The notes below the pieces were generated by a model. That model saw only the letters and a list, made by a program, of their open reading frames with translations, did no database searches and had not been told where the DNA came from. From Pseudomonadota bacterium (GTDB lineage: Bacteria; Bdellovibrionota_G; JALEGL01; DATDPG01), in contig JAZDIZ010000024.1 in the NCBI GenBank assembly GCA_043804515.1, forward strand, positions 1 to 61,631: a stretch of 61,631 nt of DNA, read 5' to 3'. A program made the translations under genes and the position numbers. Position 1 is the stretch's first letter. Each line of letters starts with the position of its first letter. Below, in pieces: positions 1 through 8,766 of the stretch.

Positions 1-1
1 C

Positions 2-82
2 GTGGCGGACGAGATCGAAGGGTTTGTGGCGGACGAGCTGTGGACGCTCCCGAAGTACCGCGAGATGTTGTTCCTGCGCTGA
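2..82 (+). CDS. 3' end of a gene that starts upstream of the window; the C-terminus resembles type III glutamine synthetase
   Basis: Frame is open from the window edge to TGA at 80-82 and translates VADEIEGFVADELWTLPKYREMLFLR*. The family call rests on remembered C-terminal similarity only. Confidence 0.35.
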   Translation: MADEIEGFVADELWTLPKYREMLFLR

Positions 83-134
83 CGCCTCGGGACCTGATGG
101 AAATAGAGTGGTATAAGCCGCCCGGGAGAACCTC

Positions 135-863
135 ATGATGAAAAAACTTCTCTGGATCGCCGGAACCGGCGTCGTAGCGCTGATCATAGTCCTCTTTGTC
201 GCGTCGCTTTTCTTAGGCCCCATTCTCAAGGCCGGAATCGAGACGGTGGGCCCGAAAATGACCCAAACCGAATTGAACGTGGGAATGGTCACGCTGCGCC
301 CGTTTTCCGGAAAAGCGCAAATCCATCATCTCTTCGTGGGCAACCCGGCGGGCTTCTCCACGCCGTTCGCAGTCTCGCTGAAAGATTTCTCGATGCAGAT
401 GAACACCAAATCCGTTTTGTCGAAAGTCGTTTGGATCGACCACGTCCTCGTGGACGGCCCGGAGATCAGCTACGAGACCAACCAGAGGGGCAACAATATC
501 GAGACGATCCAAAGAAACGTGGAGCAGTTCACGAAGTCCCTGCCGGGCGCCACGGCGGGAAAGCAAACTTCGGGCGGTAAGAAGGTGATCATTCACGAAC
601 TCGTCGTGAAAAACGCCAAGCTTCTTTGGACTCCCAGGCTCACGGGCAAGACCACGACGGTTGATCTCCCCGAAATCCGCCTGACGGATATTGGCAAATC
701 CTCCGGCGGGGCCGAACCTTCCCAGGTGGTTTCGGAAGTTCTCGGAAAGGTCCTGGCCGGCTCGACAACGGCGATCTCGGGAGCCGTAAAAAACCTGGGT
801 GAGGGCGTCAAGGGAACCGCGGGGAATGTAGGCAAGGGCTTAGGCAAACTCTTCAAGAAATGA
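135..863 (+). CDS. membrane-anchored protein, AsmA/DUF748-like N-terminal architecture (tentative)
   Basis: ATG is preceded by GGGAGA. There is a single N-terminal TM helix (LLWIAGTGVVALIIVLFVASLFL) and the codon usage looks coding. The family call is weak. Confidence 0.6.
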   Translation: MMKKLLWIAGTGVVALIIVLFVASLFLGPILKAGIETVGPKMTQTELNVGMVTLRPFSGKAQIHHLFVGNPAGFSTPFAVSLKDFSMQMNTKSVLSKVVWIDHVLVDGPEISYETNQRGNNIETIQRNVEQFTKSLPGATAGKQTSGGKKVIIHELVVKNAKLLWTPRLTGKTTTVDLPEIRLTDIGKSSGGAEPSQVVSEVLGKVLAGSTTAISGAVKNLGEGVKGTAGNVGKGLGKLFKK

Positions 864-1941
864 TCTGGCCCGCGCTGGTGGGAGGTTCGAACACGCACCA
901 GGGCTCCTCGGCCAGGTAGTCGCGCGTGAGGGCATAGGCCCGCGAGCGGGAACCGCCGCAAATTTCACGATACTCGCAAATGCCGCACTTCCCCTTGAGG
1001 ATGGCGGCGCTCCTAAGCTCCTGGAACAGGCGGCTTTGACGGTATACGCCGGCCAAATTGCCCTGTCGGACGTTCCCCGCGGCCAGAGCCAGGAAACCGC
1101 TCGAATAGATGTCCCCATTGTACGATACGAAAAGAAAACCCTTGCCGGCGTTGACGGCGTGGGGGGCCAAACCCACGGTTCCTCCCGGCCCCTCCGATTG
1201 CCGCAGCCGGTCCGGCATCGCGTTTTTAACGTGTTCCACCTGGGCCACGTACCTCCGGTAGTGGGGCGCTTCGGTCACCTTGAGCACGAAGGAACATTCC
1301 TTGTGTACCCGGTACAGGATCTCAAAAGCCCGCTCGCAGTCTTCCGCCGTGAGAGCCTGGAGCGCGCTTCCGCGCCCGACCGGAACCAGGAAGAAAACCT
1401 CCCAGAACACGATCCCGAACTTCTGAACCAGCCGCCCCATTTCCTCCAGATAGGGAAGCGATAGCGCCGTGATCGTGGTGTTGATTTGGACGGGAAGGGC
1501 GGCCTCATGGGCCCAACCTACGGCTTGCATCGTCTTTCGATAAGCGCCAGGCGTGCCGCGAAAATTGTCGTGGAGCTCCGCCGTCGGAAAATCCAGGCTG
1601 AACGCCACCTGATCGGCTCCCGCTTCCTTGAGTTCGAAGAGCACGTCCCTTTGAAGAAGTTCCGTGGCCGCCGGGATTGTGGCCATCCTAAGGCCGTTGG
1701 ACTTGCCGTGCCGGATCAGATCGTAGAGATCGGGGCGCTTCAAGGGATCGCCGCCGCTCAGGACAACGATCCGGCACCCCATCCCGCTGATGTCGTCCAG
1801 GAGCTTCTTTCCTTCCTCGAACGACAGCTCGCCCGGGAGAGGGTGGGGTTGGGCCGACGCGCGGCAATGCTTGCACGTGAGGTCGCATGCTTGGGTGGTT
1901 TCCCAAATGACGAGAAACGGACTTTTGGAATAATCGGGCAT
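853..1941 (-). CDS. radical SAM/SPASM domain protein (AhbD/NirJ/TIGR04053-like)
   Basis: CDLTCKHC (CxxxCxxC) lies near the N-terminus. A C-terminal Cys-rich SPASM-like segment is present (KGKCGICEYREICGGSRSRAY...WC). The 362-aa ORF overlaps the convergent neighbour by 11 nt. Confidence 0.85.
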   Translation of the reverse strand: MPDYSKSPFLVIWETTQACDLTCKHCRASAQPHPLPGELSFEEGKKLLDDISGMGCRIVVLSGGDPLKRPDLYDLIRHGKSNGLRMATIPAATELLQRDVLFELKEAGADQVAFSLDFPTAELHDNFRGTPGAYRKTMQAVGWAHEAALPVQINTTITALSLPYLEEMGRLVQKFGIVFWEVFFLVPVGRGSALQALTAEDCERAFEILYRVHKECSFVLKVTEAPHYRRYVAQVEHVKNAMPDRLRQSEGPGGTVGLAPHAVNAGKGFLFVSYNGDIYSSGFLALAAGNVRQGNLAGVYRQSRLFQELRSAAILKGKCGICEYREICGGSRSRAYALTRDYLAEEPWCVFEPPTSAGQIIS

Positions 1942-2066
1942 GTCCTACCCAAGCTCTTAGCGCCCGGCTTCAACCTAGTCAAAGGGGCCCGTCCGAGGAC
2001 GTGATTCAACGTGACAGATCCGGTCGCCTTGGTATGGTACCGGCGTTTCTTGAAAACGGAGGCTCC

Positions 2067-3434
2067 ATGCGAAAAAATCTTTCGGCTCTCTTCATCGCTC
2101 TGGTTCTGATCGCTCCCGCGGCGTTCGCCCGAGGGGCGAGCGAGGGGGCTTTTGAAATCGGCCCGTACGCCGGCTGGGCCTGGCTGGACGACTACCAGAC
2201 CGTCGTTCCGAAAGATAACGCGCTGTTCGGAGCGCGATTCGGTTACTTCATCGACGACAACGTGAGCTTCGAGCCTTCGTACCAGCGCCTCTATACGAGC
2301 ACGGCGCTTGGGCCGGGGATGCAGATCCGGTCCCTCCGTTTCAATTTCCTTTACAACTTCCTTCCGGATTACATCCTGGATCCCTTTGTGTCCGTCGGAT
2401 TGGGATGGGAGAACACGCGAGTTTATAACACGCTCAGCTCCCAGGACTTGGGTGTGATCCTGGGCGCGGGCACCCGGGTTTTTCTGACGGACCGGATCGC
2501 TTTCCGCGTTGAAGGCCACTATGTGTACACGGAAGTGGGAAAGACGATCAGTCAGCGTGAGCACAACATCGAGGCCATCGGTGGCCTTTCGTTCTTTTTC
2601 GGCGGAAAGCCCCCCAAGGACGGGGACGGGGACGATGTTACGGACAAGTCGGACAAATGCCCCAATACGCCGAGAGGAGCCGTGGTCGATAAGGACGGAT
2701 GTCCGATCGATGGGGATGGTGACGGTGTGGCCGACGGCATTGACCAGTGTCCGAACACGCCCAAGGGCACACTCGTGGATGAGAAAGGCTGCCCGATTGA
2801 CAGCGACAAAGACACTGTCCCGGACTATCTGGACAAGTGCCTCAATACGCCGGAAGGCGTGAAGGTGGATGCCGACGGCTGCCCGATCGACAGCGATAAG
2901 GACGGCGTGGCGGACTATCTGGACAAGTGCCCCGACACGTCCCCGGGAACGAAAGTGGATGATACGGGTTGCCCCGTTTCGCTCGACAGCGACAACGACG
3001 GCGTGCCGGACAGCCTGGACAAGTGCCCCAATACTCCTGCGGGGACGAAGGTCGACGCGATGGGATGCCCCATCGTGACCAAGGCCCGCGGCGTTCTCAA
3101 AGGGGTGACGTTCAAATTCGGAAGCGCCCAACTCACAAAGGAGTCGGGACCGGTTCTGAAGGAAGCTGCCAAAGTCCTCAACGAGTTTCCGCAGGTTCGG
3201 GTGGAGGTCCAGGGGCACACGGATAACGTGGGTCCGGAAGAAGCCAATGTCCGTCTTTCACAGGCGAGGGCCCAATCCGTAGCCGATTCCCTAGTCGGCC
3301 AGAGCGTGGATAAAGCCCGCTTGGATGTGAAGGGATACGGTTCCTCGAAGCCCCTCACGGAGAACAAGACAAAGGCTGGGCGGGCGAAGAACCGGCGCGT
3401 GGAACTGAACTGGCTCGACCAAGCCGTGAAATAA
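2067..3434 (+). CDS. OmpA-family outer membrane protein with an N-terminal beta-barrel, thrombospondin type-3 repeats and a C-terminal OmpA peptidoglycan-binding domain
   Basis: GGAGG precedes the ATG at 2067. Signal peptide is MRKNLSALFIALVLIAPAAFA. Repeated D-x-D-x-DGV-x-D/KCPNTP motifs are present. The C-terminus reads VEVQGHTDNVG...NRRVELNW. Confidence 0.9.
   Translation: MRKNLSALFIALVLIAPAAFARGASEGAFEIGPYAGWAWLDDYQTVVPKDNALFGARFGYFIDDNVSFEPSYQRLYTSTALGPGMQIRSLRFNFLYNFLPDYILDPFVSVGLGWENTRVYNTLSSQDLGVILGAGTRVFLTDRIAFRVEGHYVYTEVGKTISQREHNIEAIGGLSFFFGGKPPKDGDGDDVTDKSDKCPNTPRGAVVDKDGCPIDGDGDGVADGIDQCPNTPKGTLVDEKGCPIDSDKDTVPDYLDKCLNTPEGVKVDADGCPIDSDKDGVADYLDKCPDTSPGTKVDDTGCPVSLDSDNDGVPDSLDKCPNTPAGTKVDAMGCPIVTKARGVLKGVTFKFGSAQLTKESGPVLKEAAKVLNEFPQVRVEVQGHTDNVGPEEANVRLSQARAQSVADSLVGQSVDKARLDVKGYGSSKPLTENKTKAGRAKNRRVELNWLDQAVK
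2619..3075 (+). repeat. in-frame tandem coding repeats (about 5 thrombospondin type-3-like Ca-binding units) inside the OmpA-family gene
   Basis: The units DKCPNTPxGxxVDxxGCPxDxDxDGVxD are repeated at protein and DNA level. Confidence 0.85.
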
Positions 3435-3443
3435 CGTTGACGG

Positions 3444-3485
3444 GGTGAGCGCTCCGGCCTTCCGAAGCCTCACCTTGTTTCGATG
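3444..3485 (+). terminator. candidate intrinsic terminator after the OmpA-family gene
   Basis: GGTGAG (3444-3449) pairs with CTCACC (3469-3474) and is followed by TTGTTTCGATGTTT. The stem is imperfect. Confidence 0.4.
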
Positions 3486-3525
3486 TTTACATAACTAACC
3501 TATTTAAATTGTGAGGTATTTTGAA

Positions 3526-4212
3526 ATGAAAAAATACTTGTTCGGCGTTGCGATTCTCTCGCTTGCTCTCTCCTCTTCCGTTCGGGCTGAAAACGGAGCC
3601 AAGGGGGATTGGGAGCTGGGCCCCGAGGTGGGCGTTGGATTTCCGGATCGCTACGCGCCCGTGAATCCCGATCCGGGGTTCCTGGCCGGCGTGCGTTTCA
3701 GTTACGCGTTCTGCGACACGTTCAGTCTGGAACCCTCGTTTCACAGGGTGTTCTCGAACGCGACGGGGGCGCTCGAAACCGTCCACTTTGATTCGTACCG
3801 GGTCAACGCGGTCTGGGGTTTGAATCCCGGCCAGACATTTCGGCCGTTTCTGACATTGGGAGCGGGACTGGAGCGGGCGCATCTCCCGATCGGAGTTCAC
3901 AAAGATTTCGCCCCGAATGCCGGGATCGGCGTCAAATACTATGCAAGCCGGTTCGGCGGCTTCCGCCTTGAGGGAAGATATATCCCTGTGAAGGTCGGAG
4001 GCGTGATCGACGACTGGCAGCACAACTTCGAAGGGATGCTGACGTTTTTCGTCACGCTTCCGGCCCGGCACGAGGAGGAGAAGGTGACTCCGGCTCCTTC
4101 GGCAACACCCGTGCCCGCTCCACAGGCTACACCGGCCGTGACGCCGGCACCCGCGCCCGAACCCAATGCCATAGGCACGCCTGCCGCGACACCGACACCG
4201 AACGCGCCGTAG
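3526..4212 (+). CDS. outer-membrane beta-barrel (OmpA-like TM/porin family) protein with a Pro/Ala/Thr-rich C-terminal tail
   Basis: GAGG lies 9 nt upstream of the ATG. Signal peptide is MKKYLFGVAILSLALSSSVRA. The sequence has an alternating-hydrophobic beta-strand pattern and a PAPSATPVPAPQATPAVTPAPAPEP tail. Confidence 0.75.
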   Translation: MKKYLFGVAILSLALSSSVRAENGAKGDWELGPEVGVGFPDRYAPVNPDPGFLAGVRFSYAFCDTFSLEPSFHRVFSNATGALETVHFDSYRVNAVWGLNPGQTFRPFLTLGAGLERAHLPIGVHKDFAPNAGIGVKYYASRFGGFRLEGRYIPVKVGGVIDDWQHNFEGMLTFFVTLPARHEEEKVTPAPSATPVPAPQATPAVTPAPAPEPNAIGTPAATPTPNAP

Positions 4213-4229
4213 AACTTCGGCGACCCGGG

Positions 4230-4556
4230 TTAAACCTCAGGTCTTTTGGGCGTCGGTGGAAAAGCCTGGATGACTTCAGCCCAGGAGCGTCCCGAAATCT
4301 CGACGGCTTTGTTCCGGCCCGCGTGCCCCCGGACGATCCGAACTGCACTCTTGGGTACGTGAAGCAGTGCGGATAGAAGTTCGACCAGCCCTTCGTTTGC
4401 CTTGTTCTCCACGGCCGGGGACGTCAGGCGCACTCTAACGGTGCCGTCGGCCAGAAGCTGGATCCGGTTTTCGCTCGCCCTCGGTTGAACGCGCACGGAA
4501 AGCTTCGTAACAGCCGGCCTGCTGTTCTGTTGATGACACTGAGATTCTCGATTCAT
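4230..4556 (-). CDS. DUF167 (YggU) family protein
   Basis: LSVRVQPRASENRI...VRLTSPAVENKANEGLVELLSALL...VRIVRGHAGRNKAVEI is typical of DUF167. The start is placed at the internal ATG at 4556 because the longer ORF would run into the divergent rlu gene. Confidence 0.8.
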   Translation of the reverse strand: MNRESQCHQQNSRPAVTKLSVRVQPRASENRIQLLADGTVRVRLTSPAVENKANEGLVELLSALLHVPKSAVRIVRGHAGRNKAVEISGRSWAEVIQAFPPTPKRPEV

Positions 4557-4594
4557 TCTTCCAGGTTGTATATACGAACTTCTTTGGGTGCTCC

Positions 4595-5536
4595 ATGACC
4601 GGCGAAGCCCTACAACCGAAGCCCACCGTCTGGGAAGTGAGCGAACGCCACGCGGGATGGCGGTTGGACCGGTTTCTGGTCGAGATGATTCCCAAGTTGT
4701 CGCGCACACGCCTTCAAAAAGTCATCGGGGAGAGGATCTCGTTGAGCTGGCGTGAGACGGTTGCGGCGGGAACGCGGCTTAAAGCCGGGGGCCGAGTGAT
4801 CGCCTCTTTTCCAAAGTTGGACGAAGTGGCGAACCCGATTTCGTGTCCGATCCTGTACGAGGATTCGGACATCCTTGCCGTGGATAAGCCCGCGGGCTTG
4901 GTCGTGCATCCCACGAACAGCTGCCGTGCCAACAGCCTGATCGAGGCGCTCCGCCGTGAGCGCGGCGAGTCGGAGTTGAGGCTCGTGCACCGGTTGGACC
5001 GCGAGACTTCCGGCGTTCTCCTCTTGGCGCGCTCGGCCGAAGCCGCCAGAATATGGGGAAAAGCGCTGATGCGGCGGAAGGTCGAAAAAATCTATGTGGC
5101 GCGCGTCCAGGGCCGGCCGCCGGGGAAAGAGGGGGAGGTGGACCAACCGATCGGGAGGGACATCAGAAGCCGGGTCTTCGTGCGGCGAACCGTGACGCCG
5201 GACGGAGAACAGGCGTTGACGCGGTACCGCGTGCTTTCCGAAATCGGCGGGACGAGCCTGGTGGAATTCCGCCCTTTGACGGGCCGTTGCCACCAGCTTC
5301 GAGTCCACGCGGAATGGCTGGGATGTCCCATTCTGGGTGACCCGCTTTACGGGAAGCCGGACGAGGCGTACCTCAGGTACCTGACGGGCCTGGGTGGGCG
5401 GGAGCGGCTGTTTCTTCACGCCTGGAAACTGGAAGGGAAGGTGTCGGGCCGCGTAATCCGCTTGGAGGCGCCCGTCCCCGAGATCTTCTACGAGGAGGAG
5501 GCCGAATGCCTTCGTACCAAAAGGAATTCGTTCTAA
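4595..5536 (+). CDS. RluA-family 23S rRNA pseudouridine synthase (RluD/RluC-like) with an N-terminal S4-like domain
   Basis: HRLDRETSGVLLLA catalytic-Asp motif, with WRLDRFL at the N-terminus and HQLRVH at the C-terminus. Confidence 0.9.
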   Translation: MTGEALQPKPTVWEVSERHAGWRLDRFLVEMIPKLSRTRLQKVIGERISLSWRETVAAGTRLKAGGRVIASFPKLDEVANPISCPILYEDSDILAVDKPAGLVVHPTNSCRANSLIEALRRERGESELRLVHRLDRETSGVLLLARSAEAARIWGKALMRRKVEKIYVARVQGRPPGKEGEVDQPIGRDIRSRVFVRRTVTPDGEQALTRYRVLSEIGGTSLVEFRPLTGRCHQLRVHAEWLGCPILGDPLYGKPDEAYLRYLTGLGGRERLFLHAWKLEGKVSGRVIRLEAPVPEIFYEEEAECLRTKRNSF

Positions 5537-5919
5537 GTTCCCGCTCCGCGAACGAAGTGGTCGATATCACGTCGCGGGTTAAGGCGATCGTCCGCGATTC
5601 GAAGGCCGACGGCGGGATCGTGACGGTGTTCACGCCCCACGCCACGGCCGCCGTGACGGTGAACGAGAACGCCGATCCCAACGTTGCCGTGGATTTTATC
5701 GAGGCCCTAAGGCGGATGGTTCCCGATCACAACGGCTGGCTTCATGACCGGGTGGACGACAACGCCGCCGCTCACATCAAAGCGGCGATCGTGGGTCCTT
5801 CGGTGGCGATCCCTCTTAAAAATGGACAGCTCGGATTGGGCACATGGCAGAACATATTTTTGTGCGAGTTCGACGGCCCCCGCTCGCAGCGACGCGTGAT
5901 CGTCACGGTAATTTTCTAG
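5506..5919 (+). CDS. YjbQ/UPF0047 family protein (secondary thiamine-phosphate synthase-like)
   Basis: GAGGAGGAGG precedes the ATG at 5506. Motifs include TVFTPHATAAVTVNENADP, AAHIKAA and QNIFLCEFDGPR. The gene overlaps the rlu gene by 31 nt. Confidence 0.85.
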   Translation: MPSYQKEFVLSSRSANEVVDITSRVKAIVRDSKADGGIVTVFTPHATAAVTVNENADPNVAVDFIEALRRMVPDHNGWLHDRVDDNAAAHIKAAIVGPSVAIPLKNGQLGLGTWQNIFLCEFDGPRSQRRVIVTVIF

Positions 5920-5949
5920 CCCGAATTATCTGCGGGCCGCGATGAGTGA

Positions 5950-6073
5950 GGCGGGGTGGTCTGTTGCCTGCGCTCCGTGGCTCGGATCGCATCACGTGGG
6001 ACACCCACTGATGGGTGTCTCCACCCCGGCGATCCTGCGCTTGACCTCCGCTCCGGCACCGGCCCACCCCGTC
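5950..6073 (+). repeat. structured extragenic element, copy A (long imperfect hairpin)
   Basis: Shares TGCCTGCGCTCCGTGGCTCGGATCGCATCAC..GGGACACCC-ACTGAT-GGGTGTC..GGCGATCCTGCGC with the copies at 15.7 and 30.9 kb. Begins 31 nt after the yjbQ-like stop. Confidence 0.8.
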
Positions 6074-6216
6074 TGTTATCCTTCCAAGATGCGTGTATTC
6101 TCCGACAGACCCCCCGATCCCTCCGCCGCTTTGTTTTGCCTACGACCTCGCCTCCAATTGGAGAAAGAACGGTAAGTATGCCGTTTGTCTCGAGAACTAT
6201 CCGCCCTGGCAACCTG

Positions 6217-7218
6217 CTACCGAATCTTTAGTACGGCGGTGCCGTTGATCCGGTCGGCCTTCAGGTCCTGGAGGGCCTGATTGGCTTTGGCCAGGGGAAA
6301 AGTAGTCACGTGCGGGCGGATCGGAATCCGGGCGGCCTCGGCAAGAAGCTCCAGGCCGTCAGCCCTCGTGTTGGCCGTGACCGAGCGGACATTCCGTTCG
6401 TAGAAAAGGTGCTTCTCGTAGTTCAGAGTCGGGATGTCCGTGACGTAAATCCCCGCGATCGAGAGTGTTCCGCCGCGCTTTAAAACGCCGAGCGCCGGGG
6501 GAACCAAATCCCCGACGGGGGCGAAGAGAATGGCGCCGTCCACCTTTCCCGGGAAGCCCCGAATGTCCTCCCCGACCCAGGCAGCGCCCATGGCGCTGGC
6601 CAGCTGGCGGTGTTTTTCCCCACGGGTCACGACGTAGACTTGGCTCTTCCGGCTCAGGGCGATTTGGAGAACGATATGTGCGGAAGACCCGAAGCCGAAG
6701 AGAGCCAGCGAGCCCGCCGCCGGGATCCCCGTGAGCTTAAGGGCCCGGTAACCGATGATCCCGGAGCAGAGGAGGGGAACGGCGTCGGAATCGGAAAGCG
6801 GCTGGGGGATCGGATAAGCGAAGTCTTCCGGAACGGCGAGGAACTCGGCGTACCCACCGTCGGCGTGGTAACCGGTGAACCGTTGGTTTTCGCAAAGGTT
6901 CTCCAAACCGCGGAGGCAGAACTCGCACTTTCCGCAGGTATGTCTGAGCCACGCTACGCCGACTCTGTCGCCGATTCCGAACCGCCGACATTGCGGACCG
7001 AGCTTCGACACCCGGCCGATCGCTTGATGGCCCGGGATGAGAGGGAGTTTTTGGGGAGGAAGATCCCCCTCGATAACGTGGAGGTCGGTGCGGCAGACGG
7101 CGCAACACGAGACCCGGACCTGAAGTTCCCCGGGACCCGGCTCCGGGACTGGGCGTTCCTGGAGGATCAGCGGAAAGGTTTCGACGGGAGCCTGGTTGGA
7201 AAAGACCATCGCTTTCAT
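6217..7218 (-). CDS. zinc-dependent alcohol dehydrogenase (MDR superfamily)
   Basis: CAVCRTDLH, GHQAIG and structural-zinc CGKCEFCLRGLENLC motifs, plus a Rossmann segment LALFGFGSSAH. Confidence 0.9.
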   Translation of the reverse strand: MKAMVFSNQAPVETFPLILQERPVPEPGPGELQVRVSCCAVCRTDLHVIEGDLPPQKLPLIPGHQAIGRVSKLGPQCRRFGIGDRVGVAWLRHTCGKCEFCLRGLENLCENQRFTGYHADGGYAEFLAVPEDFAYPIPQPLSDSDAVPLLCSGIIGYRALKLTGIPAAGSLALFGFGSSAHIVLQIALSRKSQVYVVTRGEKHRQLASAMGAAWVGEDIRGFPGKVDGAILFAPVGDLVPPALGVLKRGGTLSIAGIYVTDIPTLNYEKHLFYERNVRSVTANTRADGLELLAEAARIPIRPHVTTFPLAKANQALQDLKADRINGTAVLKIR

Positions 7219-7281
7219 TATGGCGCCGTCATCGTAGGTGCGTTTCTTTCGGAGCGCAATTCGTGAAATGTCCGCCGGGCG

Positions 7282-8766
7282 GTGATAGAAAAGCCCCTCG
7301 ATATGAGGCTGACGCTAAGACTCACGGCCGTCATCGTATTTGGGATCTGTCTGATTCAGATCGGCAATGGGATTCTGAGAGTGCAACGGGAGACCGCAGC
7401 CTTCGAGAAGGATATGCGCAGCGACCACCAAACGGAAGGCGCGGCGCTGGGGCACCTGATCGCCGTGGCATGGCGGGAACAGGGAATGGGCGAGGCTCTC
7501 CGGTTGATTAATGAAGTCAACGACGCCAGGGGTGTGATTCACCTCCGGTGGATGTGGCTGGACGCCCCTGCGGCAACCGCTGAAGGCATAAAGACGCCGC
7601 CCGATGTCCTTGCGGGCCTGGCACCGGACCACCCCGTGTTTTGGAAGGACAAAACGCAGAGTCCGGGCTTCTTCCGCAGCTATTTCCTGGTGGATGTTCC
7701 GGGTGGGCGAAGAGGGGGGATGGAGCTCTCGGAATCGCTTGCGGCGCTGAAGGCTTTCACAAGAGGCACGCAGCTTCGGATCGTCGCGACGACGGTTGTA
7801 ATCACGTTCCTTGCGGCGATCCTTTCCGTGGTTTTCGGGTTCCTGTTGGTAGGACGCCCCATGCGCGCCATGGTGAAGAAGGCGAGGCGGATCGGTTCCG
7901 GCGACTTTTCGGAACCGTTGGTCTCCTACCGCAGTGACGAGGTCGGACAGCTCGCGTACGAGATCAACCTGATGAACGATCGCCTGCGGACCGCCCGTGA
8001 GAACCTTGAAGCCGAGACCGGCGAGCGGTTGAAAGTGTTGGCCCAGCTTCGGCACGCCGACCGCCTGTCTACCGTTGGAAAGCTGGCCGCAGGCATGGCG
8101 CATGAGCTGGGAACGCCGCTGAACGTCATCTCCGGCAGGGCAAAGATGTGCCTGCGGGGGGAATTGGAGGCCGCGGAACTCCGCGACTCGGCTCAAGTGA
8201 TCGTCGAACAAACGGACCGGATGACGATGCTCATCCGCCAGCTCCTGGATTTTTCGCGTCAGCGCAAACTCGAGCGGGTGCACACGGACTTGAACCAAAT
8301 GGTGTCCAGGACGTTGATCGTTCTTGGAACGCTGGCGGCGAGACAGAAAGTGGTATTGGAAGGTAAAGACAGCGGGAAGCCCGTGTATGCCGAAGTGGAT
8401 GCAATTCAGATGCAGCAGGTGGTGACGAACCTCGTCCTGAACGGCATTCAAGCCATGCCGGAAGGCGGCACGTTGTCGGTCGAGGTGATCCCTTCGCACC
8501 CCGCTCGACGCCCTATCCCCGGTTCCTTGGAGATTGAAGCCGCATGTATCCGAGTGCGTGACCAGGGAAAAGGCATCCCCCCCGAAGTGATCGATCACAT
8601 TTTCGAGCCTTTCTTCACGACAAAGGGCACCGGGGAGGGGTCCGGATTGGGGCTCTCCGTTTCCTACGGCCTGGTCGAGGAGCATGGCGGGTGGTTCGAT
8701 GTGCACAGTGAAACGGGGAAGGGGTCTCTCTTTTCAGTCTATCTTCCGGTCCGGAGCCGACCATGA
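7282..8766 (+). CDS. sensor histidine kinase (TM-periplasmic-TM, HAMP, HisKA, HATPase_c)
   Basis: HAMP motif (DEVGQLAYEINLMNDRL), H-box AHELGTPLN, and N/G boxes (LNGIQAM, GLGLSVSYGLV). The start is GTG 7282 or ATG 7303. Confidence 0.9.
   Translation: MIEKPLDMRLTLRLTAVIVFGICLIQIGNGILRVQRETAAFEKDMRSDHQTEGAALGHLIAVAWREQGMGEALRLINEVNDARGVIHLRWMWLDAPAATAEGIKTPPDVLAGLAPDHPVFWKDKTQSPGFFRSYFLVDVPGGRRGGMELSESLAALKAFTRGTQLRIVATTVVITFLAAILSVVFGFLLVGRPMRAMVKKARRIGSGDFSEPLVSYRSDEVGQLAYEINLMNDRLRTARENLEAETGERLKVLAQLRHADRLSTVGKLAAGMAHELGTPLNVISGRAKMCLRGELEAAELRDSAQVIVEQTDRMTMLIRQLLDFSRQRKLERVHTDLNQMVSRTLIVLGTLAARQKVVLEGKDSGKPVYAEVDAIQMQQVVTNLVLNGIQAMPEGGTLSVEVIPSHPARRPIPGSLEIEAACIRVRDQGKGIPPEVIDHIFEPFFTTKGTGEGSGLGLSVSYGLVEEHGGWFDVHSETGKGSLFSVYLPVRSRP

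Noticed and set aside
2619-3075. Regularly spaced DNA repeats, considered as a possible CRISPR-like array
   Set aside because: The repeats are in frame inside a CDS and encode thrombospondin type-3 Ca-binding units. There are no unique spacers.
1758-3218. 486-aa minus-strand ORF
   Set aside because: It is antisense to the well-supported OmpA/TSP3 gene. Its Arg/Gly/Pro/His-rich, low-complexity translation is typical of shadow ORFs in GC-rich DNA.
5916-6231. Several 77-98-aa ORFs on both strands, with near-identical peptides recurring at 30849-31037
   Set aside because: The shared peptide is simply the translated extragenic repeat element. These are not a gene family.
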